The translations under genes and the position numbers were made by a program. From positions 248,001 through 312,000 of the forward strand of contig JALMLS010000268.1 in the NCBI GenBank assembly GCA_038496445.1: DNA of 64,000 nucleotides. Direction: 5' to 3'. The first letter of the stretch is position 1; each line of letters starts with the position of its first letter. Under the pieces are notes generated by a model. The model did no database searches. It was not told the DNA's origin and was given only the letters and a program-made list of their open reading frames with translations. This document shows, in pieces, positions 51,643 to 64,000 of this stretch. The stretch comes from Trichosphaerium sp. ATCC 40318 (taxonomy: Eukaryota > Protista > Tubulinea).

Positions 51643-54052
51643 ATGAACACTACGGAGTTCAACTTAACAGCCACAGTGCTGGATTTGCAAGCCAGACTGG
51701 CTTCGCTTGAGACGATCAGTGCTGTCGATATTGAAAACCTTGATCATTCATGGCTACTACTTACAGGCGCTATTATATTTCGTGCGTGTGCTCAAAATCG
51801 CATGCTATAATTAAACTATGGATAGTTATGCAAACAGGCTTCTCTATGATAGAAGCTGGTGGCGTTGCGCGTGTTGCTAACGTTACAAATATTCTTCTTA
51901 AGGTATCGCAACAATAACTCTGTTTGGTATGCTGACTACGGTAGAATATGATGGATGCGTCTATTGGGGCGCTTGTTTGGTATATCGTTGGATTTGCATT
52001 CGCTTTCGGCAATAACACGAATAACGGGTTTATTGGCGATAGTTTCTTCGTTCTCAATAACTTACCTGCAGACCGCTACGCTTTTTGGTTTTTTCAAGTA
52101 CTTCACAGTTTACTACATAGTCTGGCAACAATTCCTAAATCGCGTTTCTAGTGGGCTTTTTCAGCAACAGCAGCAACAATCGTATCAGGAAGTGTTGCAG
52201 AACGAGCAAGGTTTCGCGCTTATATTCTGAACTCCATATTTCTTACTGCTTGGGTATATCCCGTTGTAGCGCATTGTACGTCAAATTTGTGTGTGCTTAT
52301 TGCTTCGAATCCATTTAACGTTTTGTCAAAAACAGGGGCTTGGTCAGAAACAGGCTTCATGTCTCCATTTCAACGTGATAAAAACAAAATTATTATAGGT
52401 ATGCAACATGGTTCTAATTGCACGAAAAAAACTTTTATTTAGCAAACAATTACATTGATTTCGCTGGAGATGGTCCAGTACACATGGTAGGTGGTGTCAC
52501 CGGTTTCATTGGTACGTGCACAGCAACAGTTTTTTTGTAGGAAAAATGAAATAATATTTGTTTGAAGTGTTTGTATATGTTGCTACTCACAATCACAACC
52601 GCTAGGCTCTATTATTGTTGGTGCACGTTACGCGCGTTGGGATCCAAAATTAAAGAATCATTTTGGTGCTCATGATGTGAAGACTGTGTCTCTAGGTGTA
52701 CGTGTAGCGTTGTTGTGCTGTTCTGTTCCAACCATAAATCTCATAAAGAACAATCATCTCACTTTTTTTTTTGTAGGTTCTCATGTTGTGGTTCACTTGG
52801 TATGGATTCAACCCTGGTTCAGCTCTGCTATCCGAATTTAATTCAGGATGTACCGGCTGTATTGCAGGTAATTTATTAAAACAAGACCCAAAGCGCACCA
52901 TGCTAGTAAGCTTACACTGCACGCAGGTTCCAATATTGCCAGTTTGTCAGCTGTAAACACTACACTTTCCACGGGTATAGCTACTATCACTGGTCTACTC
53001 CTCGCTGTATGTGCAATTAAAACTCGCAATTTACGGTTTATTTATTGCATGTCTTTAGCGCATTCACACTGGTAAGTGGGCTTTGGCACCTACTATGAAC
53101 GCACTGTTATCTGGCCTTGTACGTCGAATGGCTTTATGCAAAGAACTAAATGAAGTTCCTAGGTATCCATCACTGCTGCAGCTCATGTTGTTGAGCCATG
53201 GGGCGCGTTGATTATTGGATGTACGCTTCATTGACATGGGGGAAAAAAATTGCAATGCAGTTTTAACTCTTTCCCTAGTTATTGGTGCTTTTGTATATTA
53301 CGGGTCAGCACAACTCCTCTTGTACTTTCACATCGATGATCCACTCGAAGCTGCGCCTGTACATGCTGCTTGCGGCATATGGGGCTCGTTATCTGTTGGT
53401 ATATTTGCTATAAAGAGTAGAGTGATGGATGCCTACGGTATCATCAACCCTGATGGCCAAGCACATGGAGGTTTGGTATCTGTATGTCTTTCTTTAGTTT
53501 CGTTATAGTTGACTGACATTGACAATACAGGGAGAGGGTGGACAGCTTGCCGCTCAAATTCTAGGTGTAACTGTAATCATTCTATGGACGGCTTTCTGGG
53601 CCGCTCTCATGTTTGGCGGACTACACTTTGTAGGACTATTGCGTGTAGCTAAGGAGGCTGAAATTTCAGCTCTAGAACAAGTGCGTTTATTAGTGTTCGG
53701 ATACCATTTTTTGCATCCAAATTTAGATATTTTTCAACCCAAAAACACTAAGTGTCTTCTTTAGGAAGAAAAACTGAATAGTATCGCTAATAAATTGGCC
53801 AATGGTGCAGACACAGAACTTGTGATAGTGGATTCTTCATCTGAAGAAGAGGAATCGAGTGATAGTAGTGTTGAGATTAATCCACGTTCTGGTGGCAGAA
53901 GCCATAGAAGTTCACGAAGTCCTAGAAAACCCGTTTCCCGAGAGGCAAGTTACAGGTCTGCTAAACCAAAAAGTCCACGCAGTCAGCACTCTAAAAGCCT
54001 TCTCCCATTGCCGGACACTTCAACACGCTCAAGAAGAACCACAAAGGTGTAA
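51643..54052 (+). CDS. amt: Ammonium transporter (Amt/Mep family)
   Basis: MQTGFSMIEAG, FFQWAFSATAATIVSGSVAER, DFAGDGPVHMVGG, WYGFNPGS, IDDPLEAAPVH. Confidence 0.95.
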
Positions 54053-54294
54053 AATGCTAGATTGTAAATAAACCAACACTTTCACGTGATTTCGAGTGTT
54101 TGATTATGCTAAAACTGGATTCCTGAACCCTCCAAAGTTTGGCCTGTTGGTCAGCACGAACATATACACCCGTTGACAGCAAATACAAATTACGATCACG
54201 TGTAAGCCAGTTAGTGTTGTTTCAAGGATAACAAGAAGACTGGAGAGTACAAAGCGTGGTTTGAACGAATGTCCTTCACTGTCATAAGAGTTGA

Positions 54295-55510
54295 TCAAAA
54301 AGCTATCCAAGCACGAGAAGTTTTTCGTTTTTATTTTTTTTACATTTGACATAGCACATATTATGCACGGGTATTATTTTTTGTTTAATAGCGTTATCAC
54401 GTGCCATCTTCAATATCTGGTACATCCCAATAAAACCTGTAACCTAGTACCACTGGTTTTGTTAGTTTGTGCGTATTGAGAGCCCAATCAACCACAAATT
54501 TGTTTCCAAAAGGAGCCTCGGCACCAAAAACTACATTTTTCATTTTTATAGTGAGCTTGTCTTTCGAACGTAAATACCAAATCAACGCTTTGCTACTCTT
54601 TGATAATGCGTGATACAATGCCTCATCAAATACAATATCTTTGCTCTGCTTCATTAAATTAAACTCGTTTTCAAAGGCATCCATTGTGCTACAGGTCATT
54701 AAGGGACAAGGGGGTTCAGATTGAAGCAAATGTTGTTTTTTTGTATGTCTTTTTTTTCGTGCTATTACCTTTTGTGGCCACCCCACTTCTGATTGAAGCT
54801 TTCGTAAAAGCTATCCTCTGCTGGATAAAAGGTGGAAGAATAAATGACCCTTCTATTATTAGCACATCGCACAAAATCATAAACTAAAAAAGTTAACCAT
54901 GGTATTTTTTGTCACGTGATTTTCTCCCGTGTTCTCTTTTTTTTTTGGCGTACAAACAACCTTTCTAATCTTATCGAATTCCACCTTGTGCCGGTCATAC
55001 TGTGCCAGTTTGGATTCTGCTTTTTTTGTCGTGACAATGTGAACAAGTGCCGCATCTGATACTGAATTATGTGTCTCTATGCAGTAAAATGTGGCTTCTC
55101 TTTGTACATTTGCGTAGCTCGCTGTCTCCTGGTACAGAATTATTTTTTTTGATTGTGAAGGCAGTACAATATCATAAATGCGTGAATACCGTGCATATGA
55201 GTTCGCCAGTACGTAGATAATCGAGTAAAGGTTCAAAGAACCTACCTGTGTAAAACGAGTCACAAGGAGCCTCAATTTACGCTCTTTGTCGCTTACCGTT
55301 GCGATCTATAAAGTAATAGCCTTTGTCATCCTTTGTAGAATCCATTTTCTCACTCAGCAAAGCTGTAAAATAATTGTTCGCGGTGCCACCGCGTGTCTGT
55401 TCGTTGTAAGCGCATAAGTCGAGAATTCTAACACGTACGAGGGTAGCTTCTGTGGTTACATACTTATAACCGCCAATATTTAGTTTTACGATACGGGAGC
55501 CATTTTCCAT
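54295..55510 (-). CDS. KCTD-type BTB/POZ (BTB_2) protein; 3' end uncertain
   Basis: IVKLNIGGYKYVTTEATL...YYFIDRNG. Confidence 0.8.
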
Positions 55511-55729
55511 GACAGGTGGCACAAACTGTGCTCGAAACTTAAAATAAAATACTAGAACTGGTTTGACGATAGCAATTAGTAATTGTACCCATCGGCACTT
55601 ACGTGTACGTATCGTATAGCGTTTTACAGCCTCTAAGATGATTTCATTGAAGTGCCACTTGACCAAAAGCGTTAAGCAGCCACAACTTTTTTATAAAACG
55701 TTAAAACACCTCCAGGCCTTTTAAATACG

Positions 55730-56333
55730 ATGAATTTCTTAAAGAAGATAGGCGCTGTGGTGGTAGTAGGGGGTACTGTTGCTCTCGGCGTAAAAATGTA
55801 TTACGCTTATGAAGCCGCTGGAGTTGAGGCTGCACAAGAGTGCGAACGCCGTTTCAGCTGTTTTTAGTAATAACTCTACAATCAAGGGATGAACATAACG
55901 AAACTCTCAAGGAGATACACGATACGCGTCTAGCCAAGGCTATTGACAAAGCTGGATGGTCTTTATACATTAATAGGTAAGTTTACCAACATTTACATGT
56001 CACAGCGTCACAACTTGATTTTAGGAATTGCCCATGGTGTGTTAGACAACAACAAGAATTTGTAGGGTCATCTTTCGATGTGGTGAGTTTATTTGTTCAA
56101 TTCGTCATCTAACCCATCAAGCTCAATGTCATTGCCTGTGACGAAGATCCTCAAGCATGTGCATCACTCCAACTCGAAGGTGTACCAACATGGTACAACG
56201 AAAAGACAGGCAAGTCAAATCAACCAACTGTCATAAACTCGAATGCTTATGCTCTAAATCAGGAGGCAAATTGGCTGGGTTTATGCCTAACAATGTGATT
56301 GCGAAGAATCTACGGATTCCTGTGACATACTAA
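55730..56333 (+). CDS. Membrane-anchored thioredoxin/glutaredoxin-like protein (CPWC); missed by the ORF track
   Basis: Five exons in frame: TM helix, ...WSLYINRNCPWCVRQQQEF...VIACDEDPQACASLQLEGVPTW. Confidence 0.8.
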
Positions 56334-56464
56334 TACCACCTATTAAAAAACAACATGACCAAAAAACACAAATATTCAGAGTCTCTAGAGGACAGTTTGT
56401 ATAAATACAGTTTTCATTTTTTTATTATTATTTGCCTACTTTTCTTTGATGCTACACTCTACGT

Positions 56465-58066
56465 TTAGCATTCTACACACTTGATCAAAACTCTTTTTGA
56501 GGTTTTCTCCCATCTCAACACCCTGAAACAGAGAAATGTCAGATAACCATTAACAATATCAAGAGCTTGACGTACGTTTGTGGTATTGACTTGGTGCTTT
56601 GGCATCGACACGTGTAGTCTAAGCAATGATTTACACCTGCTGAGTACATCAAAAAGGTCTGGCAGGTTAGCATGCCCGACATCAGCAGAAATATCTGTCA
56701 AGTATCTCAAATTAGCTATGCTTCTTAGAGATTTTAGTGAAAATAACAACCGCCAACGCCTTGGACTATATCCAGACCGGTATATTTTAGGTTGTCTGAT
56801 GTGAAGATGCTGCAGTGCTGTAAACTTGGAAACTATAGTGAATATAGTATCGTTACACCTTGTAATGACCAGTTTTGTGAGATCTGTAAGTTTGAGAATT
56901 AAGCTCAAGGTATCATCTTGTTGTTGAAGTTAGTGCCACTGTCTATCGAACTAAGCGATCATTTGCGTACCTGTGTCCCATCCATCTACTCTCAAGGTAG
57001 TTATAGGTAGATCCACAAGCTGTTCCATAATTTTACCGGTAAGCTTGTAGAAGTGTACATCACTCAGGCTGAATAGCGTTTGTAATTCGTCTAGATTTTT
57101 GAAGTTGCACTTGGTAGATATAGCCAGCTTTTCCAAGAACGGAAAGGCGCGTGCGATTTCCGAAAAGTCTATACAGCCAGAATGGGCCTTATTTACGACT
57201 ATAGCTTTAACCACAGCACTGGCAGAGGAGCCTATACCGTGCTTGGTAAAGATGTCGTTGTCTGTAATATTATACAGAATTATCTGTTGCAAATTGCGGA
57301 ACCGAGCGATAGCTTGGATGGCCACATTATCTAGCTCTGTCAATTCTATAGAAAACAAGTTTGGAGCGAGGGATATAAGCTTGGGTGTCTCGTATGACTT
57401 CTAAATATGATGGTAAATGTAAAAGTTGTTCAACTTTTTACAATGAAACAATTCAAAGACGTACTGCTATCACGTTCTGTGGAATCAGGTTTTTTGCTGT
57501 GGTGAACGTCATAGACTCTCGTATCCCAGCACGACGAGATTTTGGGCCTGTTTTAATGTACATCTTCTGACTAAAGTTTATTCCTGCAACACACGTGATT
57601 GTCAGCATATATTTGGTTTTCTTTTCAGGTGTTTAAAACTGTTATGTTCCTTACCTGTAAACATGCTTTGCTTTATCTGTGTCATGCCTATTGTAATGCA
57701 TTCCAGGTTTTTGCATTTTCTAAGTGCCTTTTTCGCTGTTGAGTCCAGCTCAGTTAATAGATACAAGTTCAACTCTATCAAGTTTTTCATTTTGGTGATG
57801 AGTGACATGGCAGCACAGTGGCGAGGTTTAAATACTTCTATTGTTTCCCAGTGTACTTTCCTGAGCTGTTTGCACACTATCGTCCATGTCAGTACTTGAA
57901 AGAGGTAAAGTAAAACCAGCACAGCACATAAGGTTTACGTACCAATACTGAGATTGATGATATCTTCAGTTCTATTTAGAAAACCTGATATTAACCATAG
58001 GAGCTCATGTGGCAACCGTTTCACAAAATTCACACCGAAATCATCAATAATGGGTGCTGATAACAT
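56465..58066 (-). CDS. F-box + leucine-rich-repeat protein
   Basis: VKRLPHELLWLISGFL, then LRR-like units (MKNLIELNL, FRNLQQIIL, FPFLEKLAI). Confidence 0.75.
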
Positions 58067-58086
58067 ATCACGTGCGTGACGGTGAT

Positions 58087-60592
58087 CTAGCCAATCCTAG
58101 CGTAGGATAAATAGATGTATAATATAAAGTTACTTACATCTAGCTTTCCAAAGGATGACATTGTGCTCACAGTCGTCGTTATAAGATTTGGCATACGGTC
58201 TAGTATATCAATGTACTCAAAAACTGTGTGGCCTACCTGCAAAAAAATTAAGATGGGTGTTGGTGCATTGGTGCAACAATAAAAGTCTCTTATTTTAAAA
58301 CTATTGTTCAGTTGTTCTGTTTCAGCAGTATAACGACGTACAGTATTTGGACTGTAATTGTGCACAGTATTGCACTTCATTACTTTGTGTGTGCGCTTTC
58401 TGCGGTCAGCTTTGAGTCTACGGACCGTTCTAAACGCGCTAGAATAGTTTTTTTTTAGGAATATATTAGTTAAATTGAATGCACATACGTTGGTCTGTGC
58501 TGAGCGGTGGAGTCACTGTAGGACAGCTTTGGGCTAGTTATACCTTTCTTTTTGAATCTCAACCTACTATCTGAAAACGGACCTACTGAATCTGCTCCGT
58601 CCTATAAGATGATAAACTTTTGAGAACTTAATACAAAAATAGCAAAGTCTAGCGTACAGCTTGTGTTTTAGATTTCGCTTTGTTAATGTCAAGGTATGGC
58701 ACCACTCTATCACTGTCTACCGATGAAGGCGACTTTCGACGTTTTTTGGATCGTGCAGATCTTGGTTTAGATGATGGCACAGAACGTCTCGGTGAGAGAA
58801 CTTTCTTTGGTTTGGTTTCTCTCCCACAAAATCGGTTTAGTTTTACCAAATCACTTTGATTGCCTGTTTTCATGCCTTACAAGAAGTGAGCACGTGCTTT
58901 ACCAGACCAAACAAAGTAGCACCTTTCATAGAATCAAGTATCTGGCCTAGTAGTTGCTTTACTACAGTACTCTTGCTCCCTTGATTTTGCGTCAAATCTA
59001 CGAGCTTTGACACTAATTTACGGTCCAATAAAACTTGCGCCAGAGCTAACATTTAAGTATTAACAATGTCCACGTACCAATATAATTCGATTTACGTACT
59101 TTGATTTTGTAGTAGTATTATTATAGCACGAAGTGTCCGCGTTAATGTCGGTAGCTTAAGTGATTTCAAATAATTCAATATTTCAAACGCGACCAGTTCT
59201 TGATAAATCTCTAAAGAGAACGAAACTAATCAGCCAACAAAAAAACCAATAATGAAGAATGGTACATACCACTTTGTGAAGTAACATAACGCCATAGCTG
59301 TTCCAAACCTTCAGAACAAAATGAGATACAATAAGAAGACGAAGAAGGTACCGTACCAAATGGAAATGATAGCGTAGATACAGGACTTTTCAGCGTATCT
59401 TGTGACGATACCAAGCGTGTCAGTGATGAATATATATCATCTCCAAATTTGAAGGAAGCAGAACCTGGCGCTAGTTTGAATTGAAACTGTGCAACTTTAC
59501 CGTTGTCAAGTATAAAACAAAGGGTGAATTTTAGTTGATCCTTGCTACTGGACCGCACTAAATACCTAAGTACGCAAGCTCCTGTTAGTCACGTGTATTG
59601 TGTAAGTTTGACATTGTTACATAAACATACGTTCCAGGAGGTCGCCCAATGAGCTTGCGTCCCATCTTTTGATCGTCACACTGTACCACAAAATATCTAA
59701 TGATATTTATTATCAACATCTGCAAAATAACTCGTTACCTGTGCTTTATCCAAGGTGCTTTTAGTGTTTGTTTCAAAATATGATTGTGATCGGATACAAA
59801 GTCCTCAAAAGAAACGTAGGTTTTCGTTCCTGGTCGTCTTAGTGCTCAGAAACATATAACAGTCCACTGGTACCTGTTGCACAAGCTTCAATAAGCTCAC
59901 CGGAGCGACACGCCAGCGTCATATGGATCACTTGATCGTCTGTGTATGCTAATCAAAGTAAGCCTAAAATGTACAATTCATTGTAATGAATGGCTTCAAA
60001 CAGCTTACAAAGTGATAAGTAACCAGGATCGTTCGCAAATCTAACCAAGAAAGTTCCTAATCGGGCGTTACAACCAAGCGCGAATATCAATTGCAGAACA
60101 CCTTTTGTAGCTTGTTGCAACAGTTTTTGCACCTCTCTTGTATCTAGGTAGCCATAGAAGTATTCCCTCGAGAACAAATGCTTTGCCTGAAAATAGTAAG
60201 TCTTCAACGACTGCACCAACTCATAAAACCGCACATGAGAGATGCAACTGTCAATCCCACCAAACATTTTAAAAAAATGGCTAAAGCGTTCGCGGTACAC
60301 AACACCGGTAGAGTCATTGTCTTGCGCGTATTAGTGACGCAAGATAAACCGTGTAAACGCACTTAAAAAATAATGTAAGATATTCAACGCGAATATATCC
60401 ACTTCAAACTCTCTACGCGCGAACGGTTTGAAAATCGGCCAGCTTACGGCAATTACCTACATTTTTGTACAGATCAGTAAAGGAGGTACAATAAGCGACC
60501 AACAAGCGCCATACGCACTTCACAGTGTTCTTTATACGTACCTCACCAAATTCAGCATCCCACAAGGCTAATGGAGCTGTCAGATCGCTCAT
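58087..60592 (-). CDS. SH2-domain protein; exon structure partly unresolved
   Basis: YFYGYLDTREVQKLLQQATKGTFLVRFANDPGYLSL. Confidence 0.7.
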
Positions 60593-60782
60593 TTGACTAC
60601 AACAGTTTAAGCATTCACTAAACGCGGCTCCAACTGTGATGTATGTTTACAATATCGTAAAAAACAAGTCGTCAGTCAATGTCATTTTACCAATAAAATA
60701 ACGGATGATGTGAAATGCAATGTGTATGAAAACGCAGCGTTAAGTGAGATGTCTAAGCATAGTGAATCTCGCAGAATCCACA

Positions 60783-62083
60783 ATGTACACTTGGCAACAT
60801 ATCTTTTACGTTTTTGTGGCAGTTTTCGTTCTCCACGCCGCCTGCACCCGACTACTCATCGTACAAAACGCCCAGTACTGTCTTCTACCCGGTGGGACGT
60901 ACCCTACTAAGGACGGAGACAAGATAATCCCCGTTATCAACAGTATCAGAGCAAAATTTGATGGTTCGTTCTCAGAGGTGGCACACGCACAGGTGCGACC
61001 CTTTTTAAACCAAGATTGACGTTTTGCGATTCTCTGTGTACCGCAAAAACGGGAGAACGATTCACCATTGCTTTTCGCTTCGGAACTAACCAAAAGAAAA
61101 GCAATCTCACTGTAAAAATCACGTGTCATTCGCCTCATCGTATATCGGAGCTCTACCTGGACAAAACGTTACTCTGTCATACAACAGCGCCGGTTTCTTG
61201 TGTAAAAGCCCGGAGGTTCAGGTACGAATCTTTTTTTTGTCTATATTTTATTTTTTTGAGCCTGTGATTCTAAACTGTCTCTACATAGCTACCATACGCT
61301 GTGGATTGCGAAGCCGAAGATATAGAAAAAACCGTCGTTCAACAACTGCGCGCCGACCACTGCGTAGCAGAAACAGCTGATGCTAATCCAGCCAACGCAC
61401 GTCTATAGATAATTGACAGCCCAATAACGTTGCTTAGACATTGTTTTGGAAGCCTAAAGACGTTCTTGTGCACGTTGGAACAGAATGCGATGTGGATAAC
61501 GAGTCAGCTTTTGCCGAAGGTACTCTTATCCAAATGGTACGCACAGAAGGCGATTTAAAGAGTGACTATCTAATACCATGTAGAACGACACAATAGATAC
61601 TGTCTTTTTGGTCGGTATTGGCGTAGAAGCCTTGGCCCAAACCGCAATCGAGTCTGCCAAACACTTCACAACGTACCTCATAACTGACGCAGTTACTGGA
61701 CATGATGCCACCACAACCGCTGCTGCTATGGAAGCAATGAAAGAGGCTGGTGTTAAGATGATCACAACTAGCGATCTCAATGTTGTCATTGATCCTTCCT
61801 ACACTGTGCGAAAAAATATTCTTTGAGCTCACCCTCTTACGCCTACCTAGCCTCCTTTCTTGGGCGTTCATGTACCTCCTTGGTGGCAAGCCATCTTGTT
61901 GTTTATCGCCGTGGTAGTAGCAATTGCCTTGATTGTGTTCTTTACCGTCTTCCACAAGGTCAAACAGTACGTAATTTTTAAGTCATCAAGCCCAACCTCT
62001 TTTTTTCTAATTGTATCTGCAGCTCTGCCCGAGCAGAAAAGCAAAACTTAAGAGATGATGAGATTGTTCTAGAAGCACACTAA
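60783..62083 (+). CDS. Type I membrane nicotinamidase/isochorismatase-fold protein, probably catalytically degenerate
   Basis: Signal peptide, LPGG...GDKIIPVIN, HVSFASS, DHCV, C-terminal TM WWQAILLFIAVVVAIALIVFF. Confidence 0.75.
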
Positions 62084-62192
62084 GAAAACTGTTCGTTAAA
62101 ATGAAGTGACACGTGAATAAAATAGAGTGCTGTCTTGGCTTGACTTTTTTTTTTCCGTCTTTTCAAAAAGCTGTTAAACACTTGAGCGAGTT

Positions 62193-64000
62193 ATGGCCGG
62201 CGTGGCACGCTACAGTGCCGTAAGAACGCGCACTAGACCAGGTTGCTTGTAATATTACGTAGTTTCAGGCATTTACGTTACTACAGGCGCTGATGCTTCT
62301 GAAAATGTGCCTCGTGGATTCTGGAATAGCGAAAAACGCCAACGCTCAGCGATGAACGCCGCTGCTACAAAAATGGGTGTTAAAGTGTTGGATGACTGGC
62401 ACGCCATCGATATACATTCTTTACGGCGTGCAGGTGTGCGTGGGCTATTGTCTAGCAAGTACGAACAACAATTGGCTTGCCCATAACGTGTTTCAAGGTA
62501 CAAGACATCTCTTTTTGGTGCTTTGTCCCACTTGTACCCACTACATCACTGGCATGAGGAAAAATTTAGGTGTGTCTGTTTTTAAACAAATTGTTTACAA
62601 CGCCTTACCCCTCAATTAGTACGAATGGCTACTGGCATAATATAAAGAACCAAAGAGAGAGGCTTGATCAAATCGCCAAAAAACTAAATCTGCGGTCTTG
62701 GCAAGGCTGGTACAGCGTCACGTGCCAACAAGCCGAAAACGCGGGTGCTGATAGCATCCTAAACATGTACTGTAGCGACTTGCTTCTTCTGATACTCTAG
62801 TTACAATTTATAGATACCATGCTCTGTCACGTGTACTCCCCATGGCATATCCGGAACATCCTTGGGATGTGACACAGTTTAAGTGCGTCATTGCAATCAC
62901 ATCAGCATACAAACAACGATATAGGAAAAAAACACCAAGGCTGGCGTTGCACTCAAGACGCAGGAAGCTGGATTCTATGGCGCGCCAGTTGAGCGTTAAA
63001 GTGCTTAGTGACTGGTACAGAGTGACTAAAGAACAGGCGATTGACGCTGGAGGTCAGTGGTTGCTAAACAAGTGAGTGCATTGGCTTTGATATTACTGTC
63101 TTATACCTAACATCGCGTGTGCAGGTACAATCACTCGTTGATGACCACGCTGATCACAATTATACCTGAGTATGACTGGAAACCGTACCTATTCCAGTAC
63201 GATATTGTACACATTGATTAGTAGATTTACCAGCTGTTAATAGCATGAATGCTGGATATTGGCAAAGAGATAATCATGCCAGGAAGTTTATACATAAAGC
63301 AAAAAGAGAATTTGGTATAACAACATACGAGCAATGGTACCAAACGTCACGGCTTGTTGAGCTGAATTTTGAGAATAATAACTAAAGGGTTGATAGGTAT
63401 CGCGTTTCTCACAATCAGATAAAGTACACTCTAACTCCCCAAGCGTAACCGTTTTATGCTGATGCAAATGTAGAAGCTTAAATGCAGCTGGTATGCTCAG
63501 ATATTACCCTGAAATATTGGGTGTAATTTACCCTGAAATGGCGTGGGATTGGACTAAATTTTCGAGTTTTGACAAGAAGACTAAGCAACGGTAAAGCTTT
63601 CACGATTGACATATGCCCCTTTTTTGATTAAGTTCCTTAGCGTACTGCTGGATTGCATAAAAACGCTTTATCCATACAATGTGGTGCAAGAGGAGCACGC
63701 TATTGGTTTACGATACAGCACAGGCGCACCTGTTACAATCGACATATACGTGGCGGATTACAATCTCGCTATAGAATACCAGGGCATGCAGTTTTGTGAA
63801 GGAGCGTTCGGATTTGATTATTAACTTCAAAACATAGGGGAGCACCACTACCATCAAGTACTTACACATACAGCACCTCTCGGTGTATTCGAAGCACGTG
63901 ATGTAGAGAAAAAAGAGTGTTTAGAAGCCATGGGTACGCGTTCGCCTTGAACACTTTTAACAGGGATTTTGACTTATGCTTCATGCCCATAGGAATTACG
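62193..64000 (+). CDS. Trp-rich helical repeat protein with C-terminal PD-(D/E)XK/RAP-like domain (runs off the window)
   Basis: Repeats GFW...QR...DW.V...YPE.W; terminal IDIYVADYNLAIEYQGEHHY; Arg-rich N-terminus. Confidence 0.7.

Noticed and set aside
59840-59900. Apparent in-frame TGA near the end of the SH2 domain
   Set aside because: Donor-like sites (GTGAGC, GTACCA) lie just upstream, so it is probably intronic; there is no redox motif and no SECIS was seen.
1-64000. Alternative genetic code as an explanation for the fragmented ORFs
   Set aside because: In the conserved genes traced, the stops fall within short GT/GC-AG introns, and TAA, TAG and TGA all terminate genes; only the SECIS-linked TGA at 5778 is recoded.

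Overview
Gene-dense eukaryotic nuclear DNA (AT-rich, many spliceosomal introns of about 40-60 nt, short intergenic spaces), most consistent with a free-living protist, possibly amoebozoan (inference). The ORF track is fragmented by introns, so gene models were rebuilt by hand and the boundaries are approximate. About 30 protein genes are present. They include TAF6, an NF-YC-like factor, RPL37A, a class IV sirtuin, Nopp140/SRP40, an ammonium transporter, an alliinase/TAA-type aminotransferase, a NACHT-like/HEAT protein, an SMP-domain lipid-transfer protein, an S9 peptidase and several F-box proteins. Two hidden features stand out. (1) A 426-nt GC-AG intron holds two abutting copies of an unrecognised structured RNA, with a near-invariant 70-nt core, compensatory base changes and G-U strand asymmetry. 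(2) A SelN/thioredoxin-like selenoprotein gene has an in-frame TGA in a C-U motif and a canonical type II SECIS in its 3' UTR. GC-AG introns and the CACGTG motif are also unusually frequent. No tRNA, rRNA, CRISPR array or intact transposon was recognised.
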